Assembly (NCBI GenBank): GCA_050084985.1
Contig: JBITNC010000001.1
Span: 155,310,001-155,374,000 of the forward strand
DNA from: Nageia nagi
Lineage: Eukaryota > Plantae > Pinophyta
Direction: 5' to 3'
DNA length: 64,000 nt
A program made the position numbers and the translations under genes. The notes beneath the pieces are model-generated. The model did not search any database, had not been told where the DNA came from, and was given only the letters and a program-made list of their open reading frames with translations. Positions 1 through 13,376 of the stretch are shown piece by piece (the stretch's first letter is position 1; each line of letters begins with the position of its first letter).

Positions 1-1363
1 TGGGAGAGGCTTATCACAGATGGAATCATCCTTTTGCATGAGCTATTACACTCAACAAAGGAAAAAAAAAAATGAGGATACCATGATGCTAAAATTAGAC
101 ATGGAAAATTCCTATGATAGGGTTAACTAGAATGTTTTGAATCTAATCCTTAAAAAATTTGGGTTTAGTGATAAATGAGGAGACAAGGTTAAAGAATGCA
201 TCACAACTCCAAAAAATTTAGTCATAGTTAATGGTGAGCTAGTTGGTTTCTTTGGGGCAAAAAGAGGATTGCAATTAGCTAATCCAATTTCTTCTTAGCT
301 CTTTATAATTATGTAAGAAGCTCTCGGAAGGGCTATTATATGGGCACACAAAACAAGAAACCTTCAAGGTATCAAACATGCTAGATCCAACTATCCAATT
401 ACACATCATCAAGTCATTGATGACATGATCTTAGTGGGAAAAGCCACAAAAATTGAAGCTAAAAATATTAAAAGAATCATAAAAAAAACTATGAAAAATC
501 CTTACACCATAGGATCAATCTCAAGAAATTGAAATTATATTTTCTTAATACTCCAAGTAGAAAGAAGAAAAAGATTGTAAAAATATATGGTTGTATGATC
601 AAAGACATCCTCACTAAGTACCTTGGAGTGCTCCTTTTCATTGGAAGAGTAGCAGCAAAGTTTTGGGATAATATGCTAGAGAAATTAAAGAAGAAGATTA
701 CATGATGGAGTGGGAAGATGTTATCTTATGTAGCCAAAGTACTTATTATAAAACATACACTACAAAGCATTCTTATATATAGCATTATGATCTTGAAAAT
801 GTTAAATATGGTTGTGGGGAAAGTTGATCAAGTTTACAGAAGAATTTTGTGGGAGGGTGAAAAAGAAAGGAAAAAATTCTCACTTATGTCCTAGAGTAAA
901 ATATGCAGGGAGGAAGAGAAAGGAGGTCTAGGGATAAGGAAAATGAATCATATAAGTAAGGCTCTAAGATAAAAAAATTGGAATGGAAGTTAGTGATGGA
1001 GGATAGGGATCATATTAATGGGTTAAAACCCAAATACCTGGATAACTACAACCATTTCTTATGAGTTTCAAATCTAAATTATGGCTCATAATTTTGAAAT
1101 GGCCTAATCAATATTAGAGAGTTATTTGATTGAAAGGTACAATGGAATATAGGAAAAGGAGATGAAACTTTCTTTAGGTAGGATGCATGGCTAAGAGAGA
1201 TACCCTTAATTTGTTATAAAAGAATCTCAAAAGGGGTAAATTAGGTATTAAAGTGCAAGGTGAGAAAGTTAAATACTACTTATCAAAACAAACAAGATTA
1301 TGGTGGGTAGAGAAACATCCATAATTGGAGATTGAAGCAAATCTCATAAAGTAATGGAATAGG
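1..1363 (+). mobile_element. Degenerate L1-type LINE ORF2 (reverse transcriptase), 5' end outside window
   Basis: Hand translation gives GRLITDGIILLHEL, KLDMENSYDRVN, IVNGELVGFFGAKRGLQ, HHQVIDDMILVG and KYLGVLL. These match plant L1 RT motifs, with many stops and frameshifts. Confidence 0.9.
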
Positions 1364-2477
1364 TGTTGTAGTCCCTAAATAATGTGATGGTGTAATTAAT
1401 TCGATGAATTAACACATGCACTATTTGGTCTATTAATTAGTTGACATAAAGTGAGAGTATGACAACAGATGATTAAACATACAAGTTCATTTTGTTAATA
1501 TACATATTTAATCAATCAAGGAAAGACACAGGCAATATCATATGCATTCATACGACACTGATGCCCTAGTAATAGTACATCATTAGTGTCATGTTAATGA
1601 TCAAATAACATATGCAACAAAGATAAAATGATAAATGAATGAATGATTTATCAATATAATGGACATATAAAAATATTTGAGATAAGAGATATGATTATTA
1701 CAAATAAAAAGGATTTGCAAGTGTTTGATTTACAGATGATGTTCAAGTCCTTGATTCTCTATCCGATCTTCAATTGATAGAAGCTGTAATTCTTTTGTAA
1801 TATGCCCCTTTTTTAGTCTCTTCTTGATGATAATTCCTTCCTCCTCTATCTTTGTATGTCTTTAATGACTTTATATAGGGATGCTTCTATTATAGGATTT
1901 GACCCCTTGTATAATTATCAAGGGCCAAATATATGGCCTACACCTCTTTTATACATATTAAATCCCTTTTTAAATAATACATTATTAAGGGATTACATGA
2001 TTTATAAATACATAAAGGTTCATTTTGAGGAATCTATAGGTGCAACAAGAAGGAATAATCCTAAACCAAGATAGGGATTCCCTAGTATGGATGGCCTTAG
2101 AGAAGGGAAATTATAGTATTAGAGAAGCATCTAATTTATAATAAGAAAGGTGAATAAAATATACCAAGGACTCAGTGAGGTTATGAGAGTGAAATAATCA
2201 AACATAGAAATATGGTAAGATCAAAATGATAAATAAAATATCCCATGATTATCATGCCAACATCCTACATTCATATTTTCATTTTGTAAGGATTGACTTA
2301 TGAAATCTCAAGGAACTAAAAGATAGACTTTTATAATATCCATATTAACAAAACAAAGCTCAAAGCTCAATGATAAATAATGTAAGATTCTGGTAGGATT
2401 TATCATTAAGCAATCCTATTTTATGATCTAAAGAACTAATAAAATATTCAAATTAGAGTCAACATTGGGATACAACA
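1364..2477. mobile_element. Possible LTR interrupting the LINE
   Basis: LINE homology stops at TGTTGTAGTCCC (1364), and an approximate inverted terminus GGGATACAACA ends at 2477. No matching TSD was found. Confidence 0.35.
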
Positions 2478-2543
2478 CAACAACATAATATTTGACCTGT
2501 GAAGATGATATCATCAAAACTAAATCCCAATTAAGTGAAATTA

Positions 2544-2831
<288 letters not shown>

Positions 2832-4140
2832 CATCTTTGTATTGTGAATACTTCTAGATATGGCTAAATTTAATTATAGTATCTCTAATTAAATCTACAT
2901 AGGATTAATATTACAAAGATATGAAAAATAAAGATTGAACCTTCAGGATAAATATGCCAATTACAATCATGTAGACTAGCATTTATATACTAACATATTT
3001 TAGATATTCAATTATAGTTGTAGTTATAAAATAATTCACCCCATGCACTCTTCATGAGCCAAATGTGTTGTAAATTTAAATATTATTCCTATTTTCATCT
3101 TATTGAAATTCTATAAAAGTGTAGAGAGACCCAAGGATTTAGTGTCATCTTTTTCTTGTGTTTTCCATTTTTAATTAGGCTTTCTATATAATAGATATTT
3201 TCTTTCTTAATAATTATGTATGATGGAATCATTTATCATAAATAGGTGTATACATGTGTTCTTAATATTTACACTCATGCTAGATGCACAAATGGAGAGT
3301 GAGAAGAATAATGGGAGAAAAACCCTATATGCAAGTAGATTAAAACTATTAATAGGCTATTTTGGTCCTTGAGGTCCTCATTCCCTAACCCTAAAAAAAT
3401 AAATAGTTCTCTTTAGAACATCCCTATGCCTTGTGGGCCTAGTGGAAAGAAATAAATAAATAATACCTAAGGAAGCAACTCTAGATTCAAAAAGGGTAAC
3501 TAATAAAGGAGCACATGATAGCTTGGAATCCATCCCTTTGTAAAAATATATTGTAAGAATATAATCCATAGGAATCATCAAGGATCTATTCCTAGGTGTA
3601 GAATTAGGGGTTCATGACTTGGTGTCTCTTAGTTGTTTATTGAAAAAAACTAGGAAATCATGGACCAACATGGTTAAGGGTACACCCCAAGAAAAAGGAC
3701 CTCATCCAACTTTGATTTTTAGTTACATCAAGTTAAGCTCTACATCCCTAAATATATTTTAGATTATTTAATGTATGAAAATGTATGAAAGGGAACCTTG
3801 ATTTGGTGTTTGATTGATTCCTGAGTTCTTGATTACATTTTCATGCATTAAATCATGATTAAAGTGTGTAATTAGATTCCTATGAGATTATATCTATTGG
3901 ATTATTGATTAAGGTTATATTTTCTTATTTTTCATGGGTAGTTTATTGCTTACAACTCTAAAACTTATACATTGCATGTTACATGCTTAATCCAATATAT
4001 TGTACAATAATAAATAAACCATTCACATTCATATACAAAACATATAAAATCAAACTCATTTAACACAAGTTGAACGATAAAAATGATAATCTATATATAT
4101 CATATAATGATCATAATATATAGTAAGGGGTAGATCTATG

Positions 4141-4666
4141 TCCATAGTGTACATCTAGTGGCAAGAACTACTACCACTACTATGAACCTCGCTGGTACTC
4201 TATCTAGTCCTACAATTTATACCACTCTCTCTTGATTTTGAGATCCCTCTTGAGAATTCACTCATGCTGACTCCAACAATATCATTATCTCTCTTTTCGA
4301 TATTTTCCATAAGGCTTTGTATAAAATCCCATTGCTCATTGGATGGAGGCATATCCACTTGCTCCTGGAGTCTCTTCAAATACTACTCCAATGTCATAAT
4401 TTGTGCATCTTTGGCTGCAACCATGGCTTGTAGTGTGGACACCTACCCCTTAAAAGGCTTAAGCCTCTTGATCTTAGCCTCAAGGGCTATACCCATGTGT
4501 CTACCTCTCCTACAAGAAAATATTGCATTATTAGTTTCTTAATCATATGTAAATTTGTAAAAATGAATATATGGTTAATTTGGTACCTGGTGCCACTAGT
4601 GGCATAGCCTCTACTAGTGCTACAAATCCTAGAATTGCTAATCCCTCTTAGATGGTAATATCATGT
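4141..4666 (-). pseudogene. C-terminal, coiled-coil-like part of the PMD pseudogene, with a putative 77-bp intron at 4510-4586
   Basis: Contiguous with 13377-14625 once the gypsy element (TSD CATGT) is removed. An AT-rich GT...TTGTAG segment lies on the minus strand; the downstream frame reads LEAKIKRL...STLQAMVAAKDAQIMTLE*YLKRLQEQV. Confidence 0.55.
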
Positions 4667-5849
4667 TGATCTAAAACTTAGATCACTACAGTATTCTAGA
4701 AATTCATATTCATTATGTCCAATTCATCACCAGCTTTTCAATTCTTCTTTTGGATTGCATTTTCATCTCCATTTGTAGAAGTTATGTGGATTTAAATATT
4801 CTAAGTGTTTTTGAGGAAATTAAAAAAAAAAGGAATATATATATATATATATATTGAAAAGTCAAAAAAAATTTGGGCTACAATATTGGAGGATGGTACC
4901 CACCACCTGACAAGATGGAACTACCAAGTAGGCAAGTGATGTGGAGCACTAAAGTGGGGAGGCCATAGAGTTTTGGGAGCCAGATGGGTGGAGCCCACTA
5001 GGGGCCTAACCACCCATGCCTGATCATGGCTTCATTGGCCACCATTTCAAATAGACCACCAGCCAACCTCCACCTTGTGATCACCTATCACTCAGCCATT
5101 ATCTGTTTAGCCACCCATAGATCAAAGGGGATTGACTCCCTTCATTTTCTAAGTACCACTTGGTGCAATATGATTACATTCACCCATTTAAGATCAGTTT
5201 TGGGATTTTTGCATGGTTTAGAATGAAATTTGATTTTTCAAATGGTCAATTTTATTTTTTAATGGTTGAAGCCCCTATTTTTGGGTTAAGTATTATTTGT
5301 TAAAATTATAGCACTCCAAAGAGCATAAATTTACCTATTTTTAAGCTTTATTTGGGAGATTATTGTAACCAATTGAGATCAAAATTCAAAAGTAAGTAAT
5401 TGACCCAAATGGGTACCAGAATATGGTTTTTGTTTGTTATATTCTTAGTTGTAACACATCCAAATTTATCTCCAAAAAAATGTATAAAATAGGAGCAAAT
5501 TGGACATGCCAAAGAGAGGAAGATTTTAGAGATTATAGTTTAGTTTTGTGGTGATATTTTAGAGCTGAATTTTGTGTGTGAATGTAAGAAGAGGCTGGAG
5601 AATTGTGGAGGTCATTATGTACAAGAATTCCACCCACTATTGAAGAGAGCTTTTATGCTAGATTTAGCCCACATTGAGTGAACTAGGGTAAATTTTAGCT
5701 TGTCATTTTTGTGCTTGGAGTTCTAATTATTCTCTAGTTTTGCATTCATTCTCTCTAAATTTCTTTACAAACACTTGGTCAAATTTAACTGTGAAATGGT
5801 CCTAATTAAGAGTTGAAATGAAATTTTAATTCTTATAAATTATGGATCA
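4667..5849 (+). repeat. 5' LTR of the gypsy element
   Basis: Direct repeat of 11749-13376 minus the solo-LTR insert. TG...CA ends, followed by the PBS. Confidence 0.93.
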
Positions 5850-6088
5850 TGATAGGTATCAAAGTAAGAGATTGAATTCAAATTAACCTGTATTTTGTGA
5901 GTTTTGTTGTTGGGTGTTTGGAAATTGTTTTGCATGAATACCAAGTTACAAAGTAAGAAAGGAGAAGAGGAATTATAGAAGGAGATCTTGAGATTGGTTC
6001 CAGGATTTGGATAAGGAAACAAAGGAAGATTGTCATGGCTAAAGAAGAAGGATCCAATTTGAAAAAGCAACTTACTGATATCACTTCA

Positions 6089-7638
6089 TGTTAGGTCCCT
6101 ATACTACTCATGTAGCCCCTATATTATTATTATGTGTCCCATAGAAGTCCACTATGGTTATTGTTATTCCCTTACATTATTATTGTTATGTCAGCCAAAT
6201 ATTATTATTGTTCTATCAGCTAGTGTCCTTTCATTGTAGTGGCACCCCTTGGACTCCTATATATACTAAGGAGGTATTATCATTTGTATTGTCTATTGAT
6301 GTGTAATTGATGTGATGTAAAGGAGGTTGCCCCCTTGAAGTGGCTTATTACAAAGGAGGTTGCCCCCTCAAAGTGGCTTATTATAGATTTTATCTCTTAT
6401 TCAAGGCATTGAGCTCTTTCTCTCATGATTTTATGCTATTTTGGAAACTTTGTTCATAACATTTGGTATCAGAGCAGACAATTCTATGATTTCACGGCTC
6501 AAAACTAGTCATCATGGAATTTTCACTACCAAATTATTCTTGCAAGGTTTAAGATTCTAAAATTTATTGAGTTTTTATATTACATACCAAAGAAGTTTCA
6601 ATTCAAATTTTAGATCCTAATTCGCTATATTTTGCAAGTTACACTTGGGGAAAGTTAAGGTTTGTGACTAGTCACAAAAGCAGGTTTAAAATAGGTGTTC
6701 TAGCTAAAAAGTGTATATCTAAAGTTTTACAATTCCAAACTAGGTGAAACCTATTGGATTGGTTATGGTACAGACTAAAGTTTATCTATTAAAATTTTCA
6801 AGGTTTTAGAATAAATAGGTGACATGTGGCACATCATACAAGTTTGCACTTCTAAAAAATCCAAAAATCAGCACATTTTGGGAAAGTTGCATCCATTTCC
6901 TCTTGGAATATTAGAATTTTACAAAATATATGGCATTGCAAAGAAGACATCTAAGGCTACTACAAGTAGAAATTTCAAACTCTAAAGGGCCAAAATTTTA
7001 GATTTACATTAGTTGGAAGGTCGAACAATAGAATAGTCTCCAAATCATGGTTTAAAAAGCACTACATCCCAGGGAATTGTGGTCTCCTACAACATACTCA
7101 TAGTGTACCAACATCCTTAGAGATGGATTTTAGGATGGCAAGGAAGGTTGAAAGTAAAAATATGGCAATGGCTGAAGATTCCACATGGGAAGATGAGAAA
7201 TTTCTACAGAAGCATCCAGAACTACTAAAATGTTGAGGACAACATTTTTTTGAAGGAGAGGGGCATGTTAGGTCCCTATACTACTCATGTAGCCCATATA
7301 TTGTTATTATGTGTCCCATATAAGTCCACTATGGTTATTGTTATTCCCTTACATTATTATTGTTATGTCGACCAGACATTATTATTGTTATGTCGGCTAG
7401 TGTCCTTTCATTGTAGTGGCACCCCTTGGACTCCTATATATACTAAGGAGGTATTATCATTTGTATTTTCTATTGTTGTGTAATTGATGTGATGTAAAGG
7501 AGGTTGTCCCCTCGAAGTGGCTTATTACAAAGGAGGTTGCCCCGTCAAAGTGGCTTATTACAGATTTTATCTCTTATTCAACGCATTGAGCTCTTTCTCT
7601 TGTGATTTTATGCTATTTTGGGAACTTTGTTCATAACA
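6089..7638 (+). mobile_element. TRIM-like non-autonomous LTR element nested in gypsy gag
   Basis: 373-bp LTRs at 6089-6461 and 7266-7638 (TGTTA...TAACA). PBS TGGTATCAGAGC at 6464-6475, PPT GAAGGAGAGGGGCA before 7266, TSD CTTCA/CTTTA. The internal region is about 800 bp. Confidence 0.93.
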
Positions 7639-7729
7639 CTTTAATGTTCCAAAAGATGTCACTCCAATTTCAATACTTCCAAGAACAATAAAATAAGAAA
7701 AATGAAGGTGAACTAGTGAAGGTAAAATA

Positions 7730-10700
7730 TTGAGTAATGAAAATGCAAATAGTTATTTTCAAATTTATCCTTTGAAGCTTGAAGTAAATTTTTCTTTACC
7801 TACTTTTGATGGAGAAGTGAATGGTGAAAAATTAGATCATTATATTAAGCAAATTGAAGTGTATTGTAGAATACAAAAGACTGAAAATGATGAGGATAAG
7901 ATTCAATTAAAAACTCTTAAGATGAATGGAAATGCACTTATTTGGTGGGAAAGTTATATGCAAAGTGAAAATGACTCACTTAAAGAATGTTATGCTTCTT
8001 GGACTCATTTTGTACAATTACTTAGAGATAAATTTTATCCATTGGGCTACCATAAAAAACCGATCATGGAATGGCAAAGTTTTCATAAAGGCAAAGGGAA
8101 AAGTGTGCAAGAATACATTATAGAGTTTAAAAAAAGTGATAATATGCTAGGTATTTCTCTTTTTTCACAAGACACTCTTCTAAATTATATTGGTGGTTTG
8201 AACAATTATTTAAAACATAGTTTATTGATGTTTTATCTAATTGATTTGGATAAAGTTTGTGTATAACCCACACACTTAGAAGAAAGAGGGAAATTTATTA
8301 AAGAAGGGAAAAAGAAAAATACTTCTAATCCTAATAATTCTAAAAATAATAAGAAAAAAAGGAAGGAGAAAAATAAAACTACATCTACTACACAAAAAAA
8401 AAAAATTCTAAAGATGTTTGTACTCATTGTAAGAGAGAAGGCTATTTCTAAATGTTAGAAACTACATCCTAAATTATGCCCTAAGTTTAAAGGCCAAAAG
8501 CAACAAGAAAATACTATTGCTAAGGAAATTGAATATGGTTTTGATGTAGTTGAGAAAATGGCATGTATGGTTTTGCATAGTTCAACTAATGAAGATGAGG
8601 AAAAGAAGAAAATTCAACTTTTTCACATCAAAGTACAAGTTAATAAAATAAGGATTGATACATTGTTTGATCCTAGTTCATAAGATAACTTGATTGCTGA
8701 GGAATATGTAAAATCAATTGCACTCACTACTCAACCACATCCACACCCATATCCATTGGGATGGATTCACAAAAAGTCCAAGCTAGAGGTAACTCAACAA
8801 TGCAAATTGAAATTTGGAATTAACAGGGATTAAATTGATAAGGTTTTACTTGATGTTGTTTCTTTGGATATTTGTGGGATTGTGCTTGGAAGTCCTTATC
8901 TATGGGATAAATATGCTTTAATTTATAGAAATGAAAATAAGTATAGAATCATAAAGGATGGAATTGAATATATTATTAACTCACATAAAAGCATGAATAG
9001 GAATATCTTTTTAATTACTACAGAATAAGCAAAAAGACTAATTAACACAAGAAAAATGTTTGCACTTGCAATGGTGAGATCTCAAAATGAAGTTAAAATT
9101 AATAAGGCACTTGATGAATGTGAACCCCAATACAAAAATAAAGTTAAAGAAGTAATTTATGAGTTTGAGGATTTATTTCAAATTCTTACAGAACTTCCAC
9201 CTAGAAGAGATATACAACATGAGATTCAATTACATCATGATGTTGCACTTCCTAATATTAGTTTATATAGACATTATTTTATGTAAAATTAAGAAATTAA
9301 GAAACAAATTAAGGAATTGTTAGATCAAAGATTCATTAGACAAAACACATCACCATGTGGTTCTCCTATTGTTATAATTCCAAAGAAAGCTGGAATTTGG
9401 TGTATGTATGTTGATTACAAGGTAATAAACAAAATCATGATTGAAAATCAATATCCAGTGCCATGTATTGATGATTTAATGGACCAATTGTAAAAAGCTA
9501 GTCTCTTTACAAAAATTGATTTAAAGAGTGGTTATCATCAATTACAGGTTAAAGAAGAGGATGTTTGGAAAACTGCTTTTAAAACTAGGCAAGGATTATT
9601 TGAATGGTTAATTTTACCATTTGGTTTATGCAATGCTCCTACTACTTTTATGAGAGTGATGAATGAGGTATTGACGCCTTTCATTGATGAATTTGTTATT
9701 TTATATCTTGATGATATTTCATATATAGTGATGATTGGGATGATCATAGGGTGCATATTCATAAATTGTTTGAAGTTTTAAGGGAAGAAAGACTCTATTT
9801 AAAGATGTCTAAATGTGCGTTTGTAAAAAAAAATTTAATCTATCTTGGCCACATTATAGGTGAAGGTCAATTAAGGATAGATCCTACCAAAGTTGAGGCT
9901 ATGATGAAATGGCCTACTCCCACTAATGTGACTAAAACTAGGATTTTTCTTGGAGCTGTGCAATATTTACAAAAGTTTATTACTAACTTTTCTTATATGG
10001 ATTCTCCACTTCATGCAATTACAGGAAAGAGTCATGGATTTCAGTGGGGAGGAAAAGAACAACATGTATTTGATTTGCTTAAAAATAAAATTAGTAATGC
10101 TCTAGTGCTTACTTTGCCTAATCTTCAAAAGTGTTTTGAAATTGAAACTAATGAAATTGACTATGTTATGGGTCCAGTTTTATTACAGGAAAGACATCTG
10201 GTGTGTTATCATTTGAAAATGTTCAATAATACAATAAGAAATAATCCCATTTATGATAAAGAGTTGTTTGCATTAGTTCAAAGTGTGAAGAAATAGAAAT
10301 ATTATTTGGTTGGTAAAGAGACAATAATTCACATAGATCATCAACCCTTACAATATTTACAATCATGATCTAAATTGCAACAATATAGACACTTTCATTA
10401 GATGGGATTTTTGTAATTGGTTATTACATATAAAAAGAGTTCACAAAATAAGATTGCTAATATGTTGTCTATACCACCAATAGTGGTAGCTATTGTTATT
10501 CTGCAAAATAGTTCCTTGATGCATGAGGGTTATAAAGAATAATATGTTGATGAACTTGATTTCCAAATCATATATCATAAATTGAATCTTGGTAATGAAG
10601 TTGAAAATATTGACTTTCATGTACATCATGGATTGCTTTATCATTTGGGAAAACTTTGTATACCTATTGGTAAGAGGAATGATTTGATTAGGGAAGCTCA

Positions 10701-11710
10701 CACTTCTCAAATTTTAGGACATTTTGGTGTTGGTAAGACTCTTCCTAATTTGCAAAGGTATTATTATTGGCCTAAAATGCAAGAACATGTATCTAGGTAT
10801 ATTAGAGGTTGTATGTTATGCAGTGTTAGCAAACCTAGTAAAAGGAAGTTGGGTCTTCATATGCCATTTTTTGTTCCTACAAGACCATGGGAGAGTATTT
10901 CTATGGATTTTATTGGTGGTTTACCTATTTCTAAGAGAGGAAATGATTATTTGTATGTGGTTGTGGATATATTCAATAAAATTTGCATACTAATTCTATG
11001 TAAAAAGACTATGATAGGTCAGGAGGCTATTAATCAAGCTATACACTCTTATACTAAAAAATTGCCTATTGAGACATGTTTTGATTATTTGCTAAAGTCA
11101 CCTTTTGATTTGGTTTTTGTTTCATTTAGTGATGGAGATAGTGTTCTTCATATTGAGGAGGAGCGAGAAAAGAACTTCATTGAGAGACTCAGGATGATAC
11201 ATCATAAGGTGAAGGAATAGTTGGAGAAGTGTCAAGAAAAGTACAAAGAGAGACATGATCTTCATAGAGTGGATCATAAATTTTAGGTTGGGAATCAAGT
11301 ATGGATTCATATTAGCAAGGAAATACAACATAGTAAGGGGAAAAATTTGAAATTGATAAGGTATGGGCATTTTACGATCATTAATCAAGTTGGTGAAAAT
11401 GCATTTTGGTTAGACCTACCACCTTATATGCAGATTTATTTTGTTGTTAATGTGGAGAATTTAAATTTATATGAACCATACTTGATTGCATAAGATAAGG
11501 TGTCATGTTACCATCCATGGAAGATTTAGCCCTGAGCATATGAGTGTTTTAGTTGAGGATGTAATTTTGGAAAAGAAGAAGAGATCATCTTGTAGTGGTG
11601 AACATGAGATGTGGTGTATTGTATTGGAGGTCCAACACCCACACAAGGCCAAGTGGTATGTAATTGATCAAATGAGGAAACTCTACCCTCACCTTATTCC
11701 ATCATATTAG
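7730..11710 (+). pseudogene. Gypsy gag-pol pseudogene (gag, protease, RT, RNase H, integrase, degenerate chromodomain-like tail)
   Basis: gag: LPTFDGE...ALIWWE. Protease: IDTLFDPSS and PHPHPYPLGWI. RT: [26 protein letters not shown]. RNase H: YDKELFALVQ. Integrase: HHCC region and PTRPWESISMDF. Numerous stops; the integrase core looks internally deleted near 11025. Confidence 0.92.
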
Positions 11711-11748
11711 GTGCTCTTAGGGTCAAAACCTCTCTCAGTGGGGAAGAA

Positions 11749-11919
11749 TGATCCAAAATTTGGATCCTTATAGTGTTTTATAAATTCATATTTAGTGTAT
11801 TTAGTGTGTCTAATTCTTTCTAACTTTTCAATGCTTCTTTCGAATCACATTGTCATCTCCATTTGTAGAAGTTATGTGGATTTGAATATTCTAGGTGTGT
11901 TTGAGAAAATTGAAAAAAG

Positions 11920-11996
<77 letters not shown>

Positions 11997-13376
11997 AAAA
12001 GTTAAAAAATAATTTGGGTAGCAATATTAGAGGAAGGGACCCACCGCCTAACATTATGGAACCTCCAAGTAGGTGAGTGATGTGGAGCACCAAAGTGGGG
12101 AGGTCATAGAGTTTTGGGAGTGAGAAGGGTGGAGCCCACCAGGGGCCTAACTTCCCACACCTAACCATGGCTTCACTGGCCACCATTTCAAATATATCAC
12201 CATCCAATTGCAACCTTGTAACTACTTTTCACTTAATCGCTAGTTGTTTAGCCACCCTCTGGTCAAAGGGGATTAACCCCCTTCATTTACTAAGTGACTC
12301 TTGGTGCAATATGATTGCATCTACCTACTTAAGCTTAGTTTTAGGGTTTTCACATGGTTTTGAATGAAATTTTATTTTTCAAAAGGTTAATTATTATGAA
12401 CAAAGTTCCCAAAATAGCATAAAATCACGAGAGAAAGAGCTCAACACCTTGAATAAGAGATAAAATCTGTAATAAGCCACTTTGAGGGGGAAACCTCCTT
12501 TACAAATATGTAATAAGCCACTTCGAGGGGGAAACCTCCTTTACATCACATAAACTACACAACAATAGACAATACAAATGATAATACCTCCTTAGTATAT
12601 ATAGGAGTCCAAGGGTTGCCACTATAATGAAAGGACACTAGCCGACATAACAATAATAATGTCTGGCTGACATAACAATAATAATGTAAGGGAATAACAA
12701 TAACCATAGTGGACTTCTATGGGACACATAATAATAATATATGGGCTACATGAGTAGTATAGGGACCTAACATTAATTTTATTTTTTATTATTTTAAGCC
12801 ACTATTGTTGGGCTAAGTATTATTTGTTAAAACTATAGCACTCTAAAGAGCTTAAATTTACCTATTTGTAAGCTTTTTTTGGAAGATTGTTGTAACCAAT
12901 TGATCTCAAAATTTAGGATTAGGTAATTAAGCCAAATGGGTACCAAAATATGGTTTTTGTTTGTTATATTCTTAGTTGTAACACATCCAAATTTATCTCC
13001 AAAAATAAGTATAAAATGGGAGCAAATTAGATGTACCAAAGAGAGGAATATTTTGGAGAGTATAGTTTAGTTTTATGGTGATATTTCAAAGTTGAAGTTT
13101 GTGTGTCAATGTGAGAAGAGGTTGGAGGATTTTGGAGGTTCTTATGTATAAGAATTCCACCCACTATTGAAGAGAGCTTTTGTGCTAGATGTAGCCCACA
13201 CTAGGTGAACAAAAGTAAATTTTGTCTTATCTTTTGTGTGCTTGGAGTTCTAATTCTACTTTGGTCCTACATTCATTCTCTCTAAATTTCCTTACAAGCA
13301 CTTGATCAAATTTAAGTGTGGAATGGTCCTAATTGAGAGTTGAGATGAAATTTTAATTCTTATGGATTATGGATCA
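11749..13376 (+). repeat. 3' LTR of the gypsy element, containing a solo-LTR insertion and an expanded (TA)n
   Basis: Preceded by the PPT, matches the 5' LTR, and followed by TSD CATGT. Confidence 0.93.
12392..12772 (-). mobile_element. Solo LTR of the TRIM family (same family as 6089-7638), inverted
   Basis: Reverse complement of the 373-bp LTR. TSD TTAAT at 12387-12391 and 12773-12777. Absent from the host 5' LTR. Confidence 0.93.

Larger units (their letters stand above)
4667..13376 (+). mobile_element. Full-length degenerate Ty3/gypsy chromovirus-like (CRM-like) LTR retrotransposon
   Basis: LTRs 4667-5849 and 11749-13376 (TGATC...GGATCA). Perfect 5-bp TSD CATGT at 4662-4666 and 13377-13381. 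Degenerate Met-tRNA PBS at about 5854-5865, PPT AGTGGGGAAGAA at 11737-11748, and gag-PR-RT-RH-INT order. Confidence 0.95.
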
